This document shows positions 36,963-46,816 of a stretch of DNA of 64,000 bases, one piece after another. The translations under genes were made by a program, and so were the position numbers. Numbering within the stretch: position 1 is the stretch's first letter; every line of letters begins with the position of its first letter. The DNA is from a bacterium (GTDB taxonomy: Bacteria; UBA8248), in assembly GCA_965213625.1 (NCBI GenBank), contig CBDBZU010000004.1, forward strand, positions 3,520,001 to 3,584,000, in the 5' to 3' direction. Below the pieces are notes generated by a model. It worked only from the letters and a program-made list of their open reading frames with translations, was not told where the DNA came from and searched no databases.

Positions 36963-38482
36963 GGGTCTGTTGAAAAACCCGGTGTTGGAAGCGGGCGTTT
37001 TGGCGGCTCACGCGGCGGCGGGGAGGCAGCCCAATTGGCGCGTGAGGGCGCCATGTGCGCGCAGCCGGCGTCTCCGGGCGGCACAGGCCGTCCAGAGGGC
37101 GAATATACGCGCCGCAAAAGCGGCGGCCAGCCGCTTGAGGTTCACCGCTATCGCCGTCAGGTAGGACTGGATCCGCATGTTCGCAAGGCCCCGGCGCACC
37201 GCCCGCCCCAGTCCGTGCCGGCTCTTCGCCTCGCCGTGGTAGCCCTCCGAGCGCCAACGGTGGCGGCCATAGAGACGCTTCTCCTCCTCCCCCCAGCGCG
37301 CATGCCGCCGACGCGCGCGCAACAGCGCCGGATACGCGTTGGGAATCAACACCGCCTTGCTCGTTTGCGACTTCGACAGACAATCGGACCTGAGCGCGCA
37401 GCCCGCGCAATCCCGCGTCTTCGATACATAGGAGCGCCCCCGCTCCGTCGCCTGCCGGGGACGCAGCGTCTTGCCTCCCGGACACTTCACCACCTCGTTG
37501 CGCGCATCGTAGTGGAACAACTGCAGCGGAACACGGCTCTGGCTGGGTTCCTTCTTCGCTGGTATCAGCGCTTCCACGCCCCGCCGCTCCAATTCGCCAT
37601 AAACCTTCGAGTACGCGTAGCCCGAATCCGCCGTCACCATCTCCGGCGCGCGGCCCGACAACTCGCTTACCGCCTCTATATGGGACGCCATCATCTCACG
37701 CTCGTTCCGCGTCCCCTCCGTCACCGACACGTCGAGAACAACACCCCGCTCATCGTCCACCGCCGCGTGCTGCTTGTAGCTCGGCTCGAACCCCGCCCGC
37801 GCGCTCTTGCGCGCAAGCCGCGCGTCCGGGTCCGTCCGGCTCACCCGACCCCCGCCACCGCGGCCTCCTCCCTTCTTCTCCCCCTCATCATCGACGGGAT
37901 TCTCCCGAATCACCTTCTCCGCGTGGTGCGCCGCCAGACTCTCCCAGCTCACGTCCGCGCGTATCAACGAGGCGTCCACGTGTACCACTTCCCCCTTCGC
38001 CACATTCGCCTCCAGGCAAGCCTGCACCGTGCGACGGAATATCTCCTTGAACCGAGCCTCCCCCCACCGCTGACGAATCCGCGTCAGGCTCGAATGATGC
38101 GGCAAATCCTCGTGCAGCCCGTACCCGATGAACCACCGGATCGCCAGGTGCGCACGCGCCTCGCGAAGCAGACGCCGGTCGTGTACGTAGCCCAGCAACA
38201 TACCCGCCAGCATCAGGCGCAACGCCACCTCCGGGTCGATCCCCGGTCGACCGTTATCCGCGCAATAGCAATCCGCCACCTCCGCGCGAAGCCAACTCAA
38301 ATCCAGTACGCGGTCCACGCGCATCAGGACGTGATCCTCGGGGATCAACCGTTCCAGCGAACCGGCCACGAACAAATCCATCTGCTCGCGCCCCTTGCTG
38401 CCTATCATCTCGGGAACTCCCATCTCGGGCGAGATAGTGTCATTACACCCAATCACAATGCCGGGGGTTTTTCAACAGCCCC
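36963..38482 (-). mobile_element. IS1182-family element A (1520 bp)
   Basis: IRs GGGTCTGTTGAAAAAC / GGGGCTGTTGAAAAAC; TTGAG is directly duplicated at 36958-36962 and 38483-38487. Confidence 0.92.
37008..38408 (-). CDS. IS1182-family transposase
   Basis: LIPEDH, GRPGIDP, VHVDAS, TADSGY, CPGG..CAGCALRSDC and EAK..HGL.RA..RG. Confidence 0.93.
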   Translation of the reverse strand: MIGSKGREQMDLFVAGSLERLIPEDHVLMRVDRVLDLSWLRAEVADCYCADNGRPGIDPEVALRLMLAGMLLGYVHDRRLLREARAHLAIRWFIGYGLHEDLPHHSSLTRIRQRWGEARFKEIFRRTVQACLEANVAKGEVVHVDASLIRADVSWESLAAHHAEKVIRENPVDDEGEKKGGGRGGGGRVSRTDPDARLARKSARAGFEPSYKQHAAVDDERGVVLDVSVTEGTRNEREMMASHIEAVSELSGRAPEMVTADSGYAYSKVYGELERRGVEALIPAKKEPSQSRVPLQLFHYDARNEVVKCPGGKTLRPRQATERGRSYVSKTRDCAGCALRSDCLSKSQTSKAVLIPNAYPALLRARRRHARWGEEEKRLYGRHRWRSEGYHGEAKSRHGLGRAVRRGLANMRIQSYLTAIAVNLKRLAAAFAARIFALWTACAARRRRLRAHGALTRQLGCLPAAA

Positions 38483-38703
38483 TTGAGGGGGAGTCGAAGA
38501 GGCCAAGCCCTTGGGCGAAGGCCGATTCGGTGGGGGGACGGTTCTAAATGAAAAGCTCCCCCCACCGGTTCGGTTTCGGGGGAAAACCCCCTCACCTCAC
38601 CGACTCCCCCTCAAGGGGGGAGTGAATCCCTTTCCACCTCGGTCAGGGTTAACCCTCAAGGGAGGAGTTGATTTGTAATTCTCCTCAGTGGGGAGCGGTC
38701 TTG

Positions 38704-38862
38704 GTAGGGGTCGCATATCATGCGACCCGGATTTTTCGTGCCTGCCGCGAACGGGCCGCATGGATATGTGAGGGGCGACCCCGAGGAGGGGTCGCCACCT
38801 ACAAACGAGATTCCGCACCGTCGATGAACAAGAATGTAGGGATAGGCCCCCGTGCCTGTCCT
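38704..38862. repeat. GTAG-type REP doublet (REPIN-like)
   Basis: GTAGGGGTCGCATATCATGCGACCC ... GGGCGACCCCGAGGAGGGGTCGCCACCTAC, then a further GTAGGGATAGGCCCCCGTGCCTGTCC. Confidence 0.7.
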
Positions 38863-38916
38863 TACGGACCTCCCCCCCTCGGCCCCATACGCCGAATCGC
38901 GAAATAATGACTCCCC

Positions 38917-40686
38917 CTACTCCCCCTCTTTCGGCGGGATAATGGGCAGCAGGAGGTAAGGAGCCCGCCCGCCGCCGGCGTGGAGCGTCACCTTGTTGTC
39001 GAAAACGGCCGCTGGCCTGTCGTCGGGGTCGTTGTGCGTCATGCCGCCCGTCCCTTTCGTGGAGTAGTGGAACTGCTTGCCGAACTCGCTGAGCTCGCCC
39101 GTGTATTCATAGTCCTTCCCGCGCACGGTGAACGCCACCTGCCAGCCGGCGGGCACGACGATGCACGAGGTGACGATTTCCACGTCGCACTCATACACTT
39201 GGCCAGGCGTGAGCTTTTCCGCCTTGTCGTGGGGATGGTAGGGCCGGTAGAAGGTGCTCTTCTCCGGATCCAAAGCCCGGTGCGAGACGCGCAGCCAGCC
39301 ATTCGCAATCGGCGTGTGCGGGTCGGTGGAGCCCATGAAGGTGAGTTCCTTACCCTCGGGGTCGAACACGCGGACGATGATGAAGAGGTCCGCGTCCTCG
39401 GTCGATGAGGAGACGAAGAGCTTGGACGCCATCGGGCCCGTGATCTCGGTATCCTCCTCCATCGGCGGCATCCAGAACGTCACGCCGTCCCCCATGCCGT
39501 CGTATTCGAGGCTCGCCTCCCCTGCGGCGGGTTCGGTGCTGAGCGCCTTGTTTTCCAGATCGAGATAGAACTTCGTCCACTGCGTGCGCGCCAGGGGCCA
39601 CTCGTTCTCGTAGCGATGGACGAACTTCGGCCCGGGGTGGCGGATGTTGAGCGCGACCGGCGGGGTCTTGTCCCAGCCGTTGTCGATTCCCTTCAGGAAG
39701 TAGTCGAAAAAGCGCTTCTGGAGGTCGAGGCCGTAGGCGCTCGAGAAGAGCGACCAGTGGGAATCCCCGTGCGCTTCGAGCCACTTCTGTTCCGAGGGCG
39801 TTTCGATATAGCCGTTGAAATTCCCGCGCGGGTGGATGCCCTGCCCGCCCCAGTTGGCGCAGGTGAGAAGCGGGAGCGTGACTTTCGAGAGGTCGCCGGA
39901 ACGGTCCCGGTGCCACTGGTCGTCGAAGGGATGTTTCTTGAGTTCCTCGAATGCGTTGACGCGGTTTTGCGCGAGTTCTTCATCGGTGAGCGTGATGGGT
40001 CCTGCCGCGGACTCTCCCGTTACGGGGTGTTTCCGCGCGTTCTCGCCGCGTCCGTACTGGACGTTCATCACCTGGACTTTCGACCACTGCTCCTGGAACT
40101 GGCTCAGGATGCCCCCGTGGTAGCCCGAATCGCGGTAGGTGTCGTTCCCGCCCTCCCAGGGGATGATGGCGGTCAAGTGCGGAGGCTTTCGGCCCGCGAT
40201 GCGCCACTGGTTCCGCGAGTAATAGGAGATGCCCAGCATCCCCACATTGCCGTTGCTCCACTCCTGCACGCCCGCCCATTCGATGCACTCATACAGGTCG
40301 TCGATCTCACGAGGCGAGTTGGGCGCCATGAAGCCGGGCGACCAGCCCGCCCCGCGCGAGTCCACGCGAACGCAGACGTAGCCGTGCGGAATCCAGCACT
40401 CGGGGTCCGTCACCTCCCAGTTCTGGTACTTGTTCGTGGACATCTCGAGAATTTCGGGATAATCCGCCACCATCTTGTTCCACTGGTGGTGATAGCCCTC
40501 CTGGTAGGCCACCCCCTTGGCGTAGATGCCATACGTCAGGATGACGGGGTATTTCCCCTCCTCGATGGGCCGGAAAACGTCGGCGCGCAGCACGAGGCCG
40601 TCGTCCATCTCGATGGGCTGGTGCCAGGTGATGCGCATTCCGTCGCGGTCTTCTGTTCTCGCGTTTACTTGGGGGGCCTCACTCAT
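38917..40686 (-). CDS. CocE/NonD-family hydrolase (X-Pro dipeptidyl-peptidase fold)
   Basis: MDDGLVLRADVFRP, VRVDSRG, nucleophile GISY, EWPL and EITGP. Confidence 0.92.
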   Translation of the reverse strand: MSEAPQVNARTEDRDGMRITWHQPIEMDDGLVLRADVFRPIEEGKYPVILTYGIYAKGVAYQEGYHHQWNKMVADYPEILEMSTNKYQNWEVTDPECWIPHGYVCVRVDSRGAGWSPGFMAPNSPREIDDLYECIEWAGVQEWSNGNVGMLGISYYSRNQWRIAGRKPPHLTAIIPWEGGNDTYRDSGYHGGILSQFQEQWSKVQVMNVQYGRGENARKHPVTGESAAGPITLTDEELAQNRVNAFEELKKHPFDDQWHRDRSGDLSKVTLPLLTCANWGGQGIHPRGNFNGYIETPSEQKWLEAHGDSHWSLFSSAYGLDLQKRFFDYFLKGIDNGWDKTPPVALNIRHPGPKFVHRYENEWPLARTQWTKFYLDLENKALSTEPAAGEASLEYDGMGDGVTFWMPPMEEDTEITGPMASKLFVSSSTEDADLFIIVRVFDPEGKELTFMGSTDPHTPIANGWLRVSHRALDPEKSTFYRPYHPHDKAEKLTPGQVYECDVEIVTSCIVVPAGWQVAFTVRGKDYEYTGELSEFGKQFHYSTKGTGGMTHNDPDDRPAAVFDNKVTLHAGGGRAPYLLLPIIPPKEGE

Positions 40687-40913
40687 GCGTGGTTCCTTTC
40701 TTTTAGCGTTGATAACGAATTCCTGTTTTTCCGTTTATTCGGCGCCTGCGTTTGAAAATCATGTACTACAATTGACGGCATCTTTTTTGCTTGGTTTTTT
40801 CTCATTCCCCTTTGAGGGGGTCAGGCATCCCGAGGGGAATGCCCGATGAAAAAGTCCTCATATCCGAGGATATGACTCGTCTGGTGAAAGAGCAAAATTC
40901 ACTCCCCCCTCAA

Positions 40914-42433
40914 GGGTCTGTTGAAAAACCCCTTTTTTGAAGCGGGTGTTCTGGCGGTTCACGCGGCGGCGGGGAGGGATCCCAATCAGCGCGCGAGGGC
41001 GCGATGAACGCGCAGACGGCGTCTCCGGGCGGCGTAGGCCCTCCAGAGGGCGAATATACGCGCCGCAAAAGCGGCGGCCAGCCGCTTGAGGTTCACCGCA
41101 GTCGCCGTCAGGTAGGACTGAATCTTCATGTTCGCAAGGCCCCGACGCACCGCCCGCCCCAGTCCGTGCCAACTCTTCGCTTCCCCGTGATAACCCTCCG
41201 AGCGCCCCATGTGCCGGCGCCACAGCCGGCGCTCCTCCTCCCCCCAACGCGCATGCCGCCGGCGCGCGCGCAACAGCGCCAGATACGCGTTGGGAATCAA
41301 AACCTCCTTGCTCGACCGCGCCTGCGGCAGACAATCCGCCCGGAGCGCGCAGCCCGCGCAATCACGCGTCCTCGAACCATAGTAGCGCCCCCGCTCCTCG
41401 CTCCGCCGGGGGCGAAGCTTCTTGCCGCGCGGACACTTCACCAAGTCGTGGCGCGCGTCGTAGCGGAACAGCCGCAACGGAACACGGCTCTGCGTGGGTT
41501 CTTTCTTCGCCGGTATCACCCCCGCCACGCCCAGAGGCTCCAACGCCGCGTAGACCTTCGAGTACGCATACCCCGAATCCGCCGTCACCACCGAGGGCGC
41601 GCGGCCCGACAACTCGCTTACCGCCTCTATATGGGACGCCATCATCTCACGCTCGTTCAACGTCCCCTCCGTCACCGTCACGTCGAGAACCACGCCCCGC
41701 TCATCGTCCACCGCCGCGTGGTGCTTGTAGCTCGGCTCGAACCTCGCCCGCGCGCTCTTGCGCGCGAGCCGCGCGTCGGGGTCTGTCCGGCTCACCGGTC
41801 CCCCGCCGCCGCGGCCTCCGCCCTTCTTCCCGCTCTTCTCCTCCACGGGGTTCTCCCGAATCACCTTCTCCGCATGATGCGCCGCCAGACTATCCCAGCT
41901 CACGTCCGCGCGTATCAACGAGGCGTCCACGTGAACCACCTCCCCCTTCGCCACATTCGCCTCCAGGCACGCCTGCACCGTCCGGCGGAATATCGCCCGG
42001 AACCGAGCCTCCCCCCAACGCTGACGAATCCGCGTCAGGCTCGAATGGTCCGGCAACTCCTCGTGCAGCCCGTATCCGATGAACCACCGGATCGCCAGAT
42101 GCGCCTTCGCTTCACGAAGCAGGCGACGGTCGTGAACGTAGCCCAGCAGAAGACCCGCCAGCATCAGGCGAACCGCCACCTCCGGGTCGATACCCGGACG
42201 ACCGTTGTCCGCGCAATAGCAATCCGCCACCTCCTCCCGAAGCCAACTCAAATCCAGCACCTCATGCACGCGGTACAGAACGTGATCCTCGGGGATCAGC
42301 CGATCCAGCGAACCGGCCACGAACAAATCCATCTGCTCGCGCCTCTTCCTGCCTATCATCGAGGGAACTCCCATCTCGGGCGAGATAGTGTCCTTACACC
42401 CAATCATAATACCGGGGGTTTTTCAACAGGCCC
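40914..42433 (-). mobile_element. IS1182-family element B (1520 bp)
   Basis: IRs GGGTCTGTTGAAAAAC / GGGCCTGTTGAAAAAC; same length as element A but diverged in sequence. Confidence 0.92.
40986..42359 (-). CDS. IS1182-family transposase
   Basis: Close paralog of 37008-38408 with the same motifs. Confidence 0.93.
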   Translation of the reverse strand: MIGRKRREQMDLFVAGSLDRLIPEDHVLYRVHEVLDLSWLREEVADCYCADNGRPGIDPEVAVRLMLAGLLLGYVHDRRLLREAKAHLAIRWFIGYGLHEELPDHSSLTRIRQRWGEARFRAIFRRTVQACLEANVAKGEVVHVDASLIRADVSWDSLAAHHAEKVIRENPVEEKSGKKGGGRGGGGPVSRTDPDARLARKSARARFEPSYKHHAAVDDERGVVLDVTVTEGTLNEREMMASHIEAVSELSGRAPSVVTADSGYAYSKVYAALEPLGVAGVIPAKKEPTQSRVPLRLFRYDARHDLVKCPRGKKLRPRRSEERGRYYGSRTRDCAGCALRADCLPQARSSKEVLIPNAYLALLRARRRHARWGEEERRLWRRHMGRSEGYHGEAKSWHGLGRAVRRGLANMKIQSYLTATAVNLKRLAAAFAARIFALWRAYAARRRRLRVHRALAR

Positions 42434-42743
42434 TTGAGGGTCTGGCTTCCCGAGGGGAAAGCCAGACGATGAGGTGAGGGAGTTTTTCCCCGAAACCGAA
42501 CCGGTGGGGGGAGCTTTTCATAGAACCATCCCCCCACCAACTCGGCCTTCGCACAAACCGCTCGGCCTCTGTGACTCCCCCTCAAGGGGGGAGTGAATTT
42601 CCTATCTCCTTGGTCGGCTCCATACTCTAAATCACATAAACAGGATTTTTTTATAGCCCCCTCAAGGGGGGAGTGTTTCTATCATTCTCTTTCCCATCCG
42701 AAGCCCGGAACCTACTGTCGAGTTATAGTTAATTCCCCTACGC

Positions 42744-43454
42744 CTACACGCTGATGGAATCGCCCGGCTCCATCGCGGTGATTTCGGGCGAGAGTCCCCG
42801 CGCCGCAACCTCTTCAGCGAACTGCTCGGGCGTGCCCGTGAGCGGCGGGAAGGTCGAGTGGTGGATGGGCACGACGCGCTGTGCGCCCAGAAGCTCGACG
42901 GCGAGGGCCGCTTCGCGCGGGTCCATCGTGAACCGGCTGCCGATGGGCAGGAGGCAGAGATCGGGCTGGTACAGCTCTCCGATAATCTTCATGTCGCCGA
43001 AAACGGCGGTGTCTCCCGCGTGGTAGACGCGCTTTCCGTCCTCGAAGGTCATGACGAGGCCGGCGGGTTCGCCGGCGTAGACGCCCGGGTCGTTATAGCT
43101 CGAACTGTGCATGGCGTGAGTGAGCGTGACGCCGATGCCGCCGAAATCCACCGTGCCGCCCTTGCCCATCGCGCCCGCGTGTTCTTCCGCAAAGCCCTCG
43201 TTCTGGGCGATCAGGTTCACCAGTTCATAGGGGCCCGCCACAGGGCATCCGCCCTGGCCGTACACGTCCATGACGGCGGCGATGTGATCGAAGTGCCCGT
43301 GCGTGAGGGCGATCAGGTCCGCTTTCCTGGGGTTTTGCTGGTCTTCGGGGCAGCGCGGGTTCCCATCGAGCCAGGGGTCGATGTAGAACGTCTGGCCGCC
43401 GTCTGACTGGCCGACGAAAGTGGAATGTCCCAGATATGTAAGAGTTGCGCCCAT
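42744..43454 (-). CDS. Metallo-beta-lactamase-fold hydrolase (UPF0173-like)
   Basis: YLGHS, IDPW, THGHFDH, YHAGDT, LPIG..FTM and PIH. Confidence 0.88.
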   Translation of the reverse strand: MGATLTYLGHSTFVGQSDGGQTFYIDPWLDGNPRCPEDQQNPRKADLIALTHGHFDHIAAVMDVYGQGGCPVAGPYELVNLIAQNEGFAEEHAGAMGKGGTVDFGGIGVTLTHAMHSSSYNDPGVYAGEPAGLVMTFEDGKRVYHAGDTAVFGDMKIIGELYQPDLCLLPIGSRFTMDPREAALAVELLGAQRVVPIHHSTFPPLTGTPEQFAEEVAARGLSPEITAMEPGDSISV

Positions 43455-43641
43455 GATAATCCTCCGTATCGTTTTTCGGGTTTTTGTGTCGGCCGCAAAG
43501 GCGCTTCTTTTGCGGCGTGGGTTTATGTTCCAATGTCGTGAGAATCGAATGTCCGTTTCGGCGCATTATAGTCCCGAAAATCTTGCGGCGAAAGAGTTTC
43601 AGGGCAATTCGCCGCATTCGTAGCTTCAGGCGGAACGCGAG

Positions 43642-44109
43642 GTGAGAAAAGCAGTGAAGACGAGACCCATGAGAGTCGAAGACGTCGATCAGGTGCACGC
43701 CATCGAGCGCCTCTCCTTCCCGCTTCCGTGGTCGAAGGAGAGTTTTATCCGCGAGATTTGCGAGATCGACAATTCCCACCTCCTCGTCGTAACGGAGGAT
43801 GAAGGCGGCGCAGGCGCCGACGTCATGGGCTACTGCTGCTGGTGGAAGGTGGTGGATGAGTGCCACGTCACGAATTTCGCCGTCTCGCCCGCCCACAGGC
43901 GCAAGGGGGTGGGCGATTTTCTGCTCAAAAGGATTCTCGAAGACGCCAGGGCCGGGGGCCTCGTTCGCGCGACGCTCGAGGTGCGCCTGGGCAACGCCGC
44001 CGCCATTGCCTTGTACGAAAAATGGGGGTTCACTGCGGCCGCCATGCGTCCGCGCTATTATCCCGACAACCGTGAAGACGCCCTCGTGATGTGGAAAAAG
44101 AAAATATGA
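43642..44109 (+). CDS. rimI: Ribosomal protein S18 N-acetyltransferase
   Basis: SFPLPWS, HVTNFAV, RRKGVG, TLEVRLGN..A..LY and YYPDNREDALVM. Confidence 0.9.
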   Translation: MRKAVKTRPMRVEDVDQVHAIERLSFPLPWSKESFIREICEIDNSHLLVVTEDEGGAGADVMGYCCWWKVVDECHVTNFAVSPAHRRKGVGDFLLKRILEDARAGGLVRATLEVRLGNAAAIALYEKWGFTAAAMRPRYYPDNREDALVMWKKKI

Positions 44110-44212
44110 ACCGGCGCTTAAAACTTTCGTGACAAACGCATTGTTATTTGCTAGATTATGCTCGCTCTGCCACGAATTGATATTTTATCCGTCCGTAGAA
44201 ACTTAAGATTTC

Positions 44213-44833
44213 ATGATTTCCTTCACGTTTCCCGACATCGTCATCGCCGTCTTCCTCGGCACTTTCCTCATTCGCGGCAGCGTGCGCGGTTTTTTCAAAG
44301 AAACGTTCTCCGTGGTCGCGCTCGGAATCGCAATTCTCCTCACCATGCAGTTCAGCGAACTCGCGCGCTCTTACCTCTCCCACTTCCTGGACGGGGGCGA
44401 ACGGCTCGATTCGCTCGTCAAGCCGCTGATCTTCCTGGGCGCATGGATCGTCGCCGCCTGGTTCTTCCGATTGATGTTCGGCTTTTTGTCGATCGCCACG
44501 CCCGGATTGCTCTCCAGACTCAGCGGGGGCCTCATCGGGTGCGCCAAGGGCGTCTTCTTCGTCGCATTGGGGTTGATGGCTCTCAAACTCCATTCGCCCA
44601 GCTATTTGCCTGTCGGCGGCGGACACAAGCTTTTGCCCTACGTGCGCGGGGTGAGCGCCTACATCCAGGGATTCGACAAGGCGGATATCGAAGAAGGCCT
44701 GAACGCCGCCAGGGAGAAACTCGGCGATAAGTTCGACTCGGCCAAAGAGGGCGTCGGCGCGATGAAGGAAAAACTCGAGGACGCCATGCCCGGCGCGAAG
44801 GAAGAGGGTGAGGTGCAGGAACTGAAGAGGTAG
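44213..44833 (+). CDS. cvpA: CvpA-family (colicin V production) membrane protein
   Basis: RGFFKE and RLSGGLIGCAKG with four TM helices. Confidence 0.85.
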   Translation: MISFTFPDIVIAVFLGTFLIRGSVRGFFKETFSVVALGIAILLTMQFSELARSYLSHFLDGGERLDSLVKPLIFLGAWIVAAWFFRLMFGFLSIATPGLLSRLSGGLIGCAKGVFFVALGLMALKLHSPSYLPVGGGHKLLPYVRGVSAYIQGFDKADIEEGLNAAREKLGDKFDSAKEGVGAMKEKLEDAMPGAKEEGEVQELKR

Positions 44834-44938
44834 GGGTTACCGTCAACACATAAATATTACCGCCATACTCATCGTAAAGACCAACCTGAAACAATATTCA
44901 ATTTTAGCGGATTAACTCATCATTTGTTGATGGGTTAT

Positions 44939-45886
44939 TCATGCGGTTACCTTAAAGCGTTCGAAACGCACTGCAAGGCGGTCTCGATCCGGTCGGTCCT
45001 TCACGCGCCGAGGGAGGTGGATGGCTCCGCCATTTAACCGCTTCAGGGCTTCGAGCATGGGACCGTCGTGCTTGCTGAGTAGTTGGTCTGAGACATGCAC
45101 ACGATAGTCCGGGTCGATCCCAATCAGGTGTCTATCAAAGGCCGCATGATGGGTTTTTGACAACGGGAGGCCATTGGGGATTACCGGTTGACCGAGTCGC
45201 TTATCCTTATCTGAGATAATATGCGCTGCGTCCAATAGGCGTGGTTCAGGTATTCCCGAAAGCGCGCAACGGCCATTGTAGGCGCTGATGATGGCTTCTC
45301 GGAAAGATGTTTGATGTAACCTTTGTTTAACAGAATGCAAAGCATAACGTCGCTCATTGCTGCTCTTGGGTGGTGCAAGTTCCTCTTCAAACACTTGTTG
45401 ATGAGGCATACCAAACGTAATTTGCGCTTTTAATGCCTTAGCGTCCCATCCAGTAATGAAAACTGGCAGGATAGCCTCATATCTCCTGGGAGCGATGCCG
45501 AGAAAATAAATCACAGGTTTTTGATTCTCGAACGCTTCGCGCAGCCAGCGATTGTCAGCAGCTTCTGGGTTTTCCCCCATGAATGCGTAATCAACCGTTT
45601 CGTCACCCTCATATATCTGGCGGTGAACTTCACGCTGATCGTCGTACCAGATTCTCCTGCCCGGCGTTGGATATACCGTCCTGATTGAAAGCAAGAATTG
45701 CATTTGTCGGGGTTTGAATATTCCGCGTTGCGGATTGACGAGCGGGATGCGTTTTTCATCAAAGGTAAAACCAGGTTTTAACTCGGCTGCACTTAGATGG
45801 TCATGAACTTCCTGCAGTTCCCGGACACGATCAAAAGCCGCTATTCGCATCTGCGCGTCTTTGTCGTAACCGCCTATTGAGGCCAC
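44939..45886 (-). CDS. HNH endonuclease with an SRA/PUA-like N-terminal domain
   Basis: FREAIISAYNGRCALSG..LLDAAHI..NGLPLSKTHHAAFD; N-terminal YDD..DYAF..DNRWLREA..PVIYF resembles SRA. Confidence 0.8.
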   Translation of the reverse strand: MASIGGYDKDAQMRIAAFDRVRELQEVHDHLSAAELKPGFTFDEKRIPLVNPQRGIFKPRQMQFLLSIRTVYPTPGRRIWYDDQREVHRQIYEGDETVDYAFMGENPEAADNRWLREAFENQKPVIYFLGIAPRRYEAILPVFITGWDAKALKAQITFGMPHQQVFEEELAPPKSSNERRYALHSVKQRLHQTSFREAIISAYNGRCALSGIPEPRLLDAAHIISDKDKRLGQPVIPNGLPLSKTHHAAFDRHLIGIDPDYRVHVSDQLLSKHDGPMLEALKRLNGGAIHLPRRVKDRPDRDRLAVRFERFKVTA

Positions 45887-45889
45887 TGT

Positions 45890-46816
45890 TTATCCTTTGA
45901 AACAATGTTCGTTGTGCCAGGTTAAAGCAGCATGGTCAGGGCGTTTATCGAGCAAGTCGGGCGCGTTAATTCGCTTTCCATGAAGGGCATAGTAGTGTCT
46001 GCCATTTTCATACTCTTCACGAATACGTCGGCTGACTTCGAAGTTTAGATCGGGTGTTACGGTGACATAGCCGGAATCGAATAGGCTGTGAATATCGCGT
46101 CGCAAAAGGAGCCCATTTTGTGCATCATGCGTACCACCGCAACCATAGGGACGGATATGAGCTGCTTCCAGAGCAGGCAAAGTCCGTTCTTGTGTAACTG
46201 CACACCGCCTTCCGTATATGTCAGTCACAAGTACGCGAAAAGCGCCTTGTCCAAGTCGAGGCCGAATGCGTTGTGGTTTCCCATATCGCTTGAGTTCTTC
46301 TGCCAATTCATTTCCAGGTTGTCTGCTCAGACGGTCATTTACAGCCTCCCAAAGCTGAAGACCCTCGGGGTCATCTGTGTTGTAGGTTTTGAGGGAGACG
46401 ATATTCGGACTCCAGCTTGCCGGCTGAGGAATCCAATCCGCTTCGTCGAAAAAGAAAGGCTGGGTCAGGATTCGACAACCGATTTCAAAATCGCTCTGAT
46501 CGTTTGGCTCTTGCCTTCGATATCTGGCGATTCGGATGCGCATTTCCCGGGCAGATCGCGCACCATTGGTTTCACCGAAGGCCTCCCAGGCTAGAGAACA
46601 TGGTAGTGAATTTGCATAGGCGAAGACGCCACCGCCTACGATCACATTGTGAGGTGCATGCAATTTGAACAAGAATAGTTCGCCCGGCTGAAGCGCCCGA
46701 AAATTTGTTGGTGAGGGTGCCCAGAAATTGATCTCATCCAGACTAATATGCCGTCGAAGTGTTTCAAACCAGTCTTTATCAGTGAGGGCGATCACGAATT
46801 TGATGCCCATCTTCAC
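45890..46816 (-). CDS. HNH endonuclease with an EVE/PUA-like N-terminal domain
   Basis: RLGQGAFR..YGRRCAVT..LEAAHI..NGLLLRRDIHSLFD; N-terminal NFWAP..LQPGELFLFK..IVGGG. Confidence 0.8.
   Translation of the reverse strand: MKMGIKFVIALTDKDWFETLRRHISLDEINFWAPSPTNFRALQPGELFLFKLHAPHNVIVGGGVFAYANSLPCSLAWEAFGETNGARSAREMRIRIARYRRQEPNDQSDFEIGCRILTQPFFFDEADWIPQPASWSPNIVSLKTYNTDDPEGLQLWEAVNDRLSRQPGNELAEELKRYGKPQRIRPRLGQGAFRVLVTDIYGRRCAVTQERTLPALEAAHIRPYGCGGTHDAQNGLLLRRDIHSLFDSGYVTVTPDLNFEVSRRIREEYENGRHYYALHGKRINAPDLLDKRPDHAALTWHNEHCFKG

Larger units (their letters stand above)
36946..38626. repeat. MITE/REPIN-like element A (~155 bp), interrupted by IS1182
   Basis: Ends TTCACTCCCCCCTTGAGGGGGAGTC ... 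GACTCCCCCTCAAGGGGGGAGTGAA; an inverted sister copy lies at 40897-42598. Confidence 0.8.
40897..42598. repeat. MITE/REPIN-like element B (inverted relative to A), interrupted by IS1182
   Basis: Same internal sequence as element A in reverse complement, with an extra hairpin GTCTGGCTTCCCGAGGGGAAAGCCAGAC. Confidence 0.8.

Noticed and set aside
36963-42433. IS1182 pair as a composite transposon carrying cocE
   Set aside because: The copies are diverged, each sits in its own repeat target, and copy A has its own target duplication, so independent insertions are more likely.
36891-42437. Long plus-strand ORFs 36891-38486 and 41004-42437
   Set aside because: These are antisense shadows of the GC-rich transposases with no recognisable motifs. 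The same applies to 10228-11487, 12851-14236, 52890-55034 and 60860-62248.
36770-42680. CRISPR array
   Set aside because: The repeats are irregularly spaced palindromes of several kinds with no repeat-spacer periodicity, and there are no cas genes.
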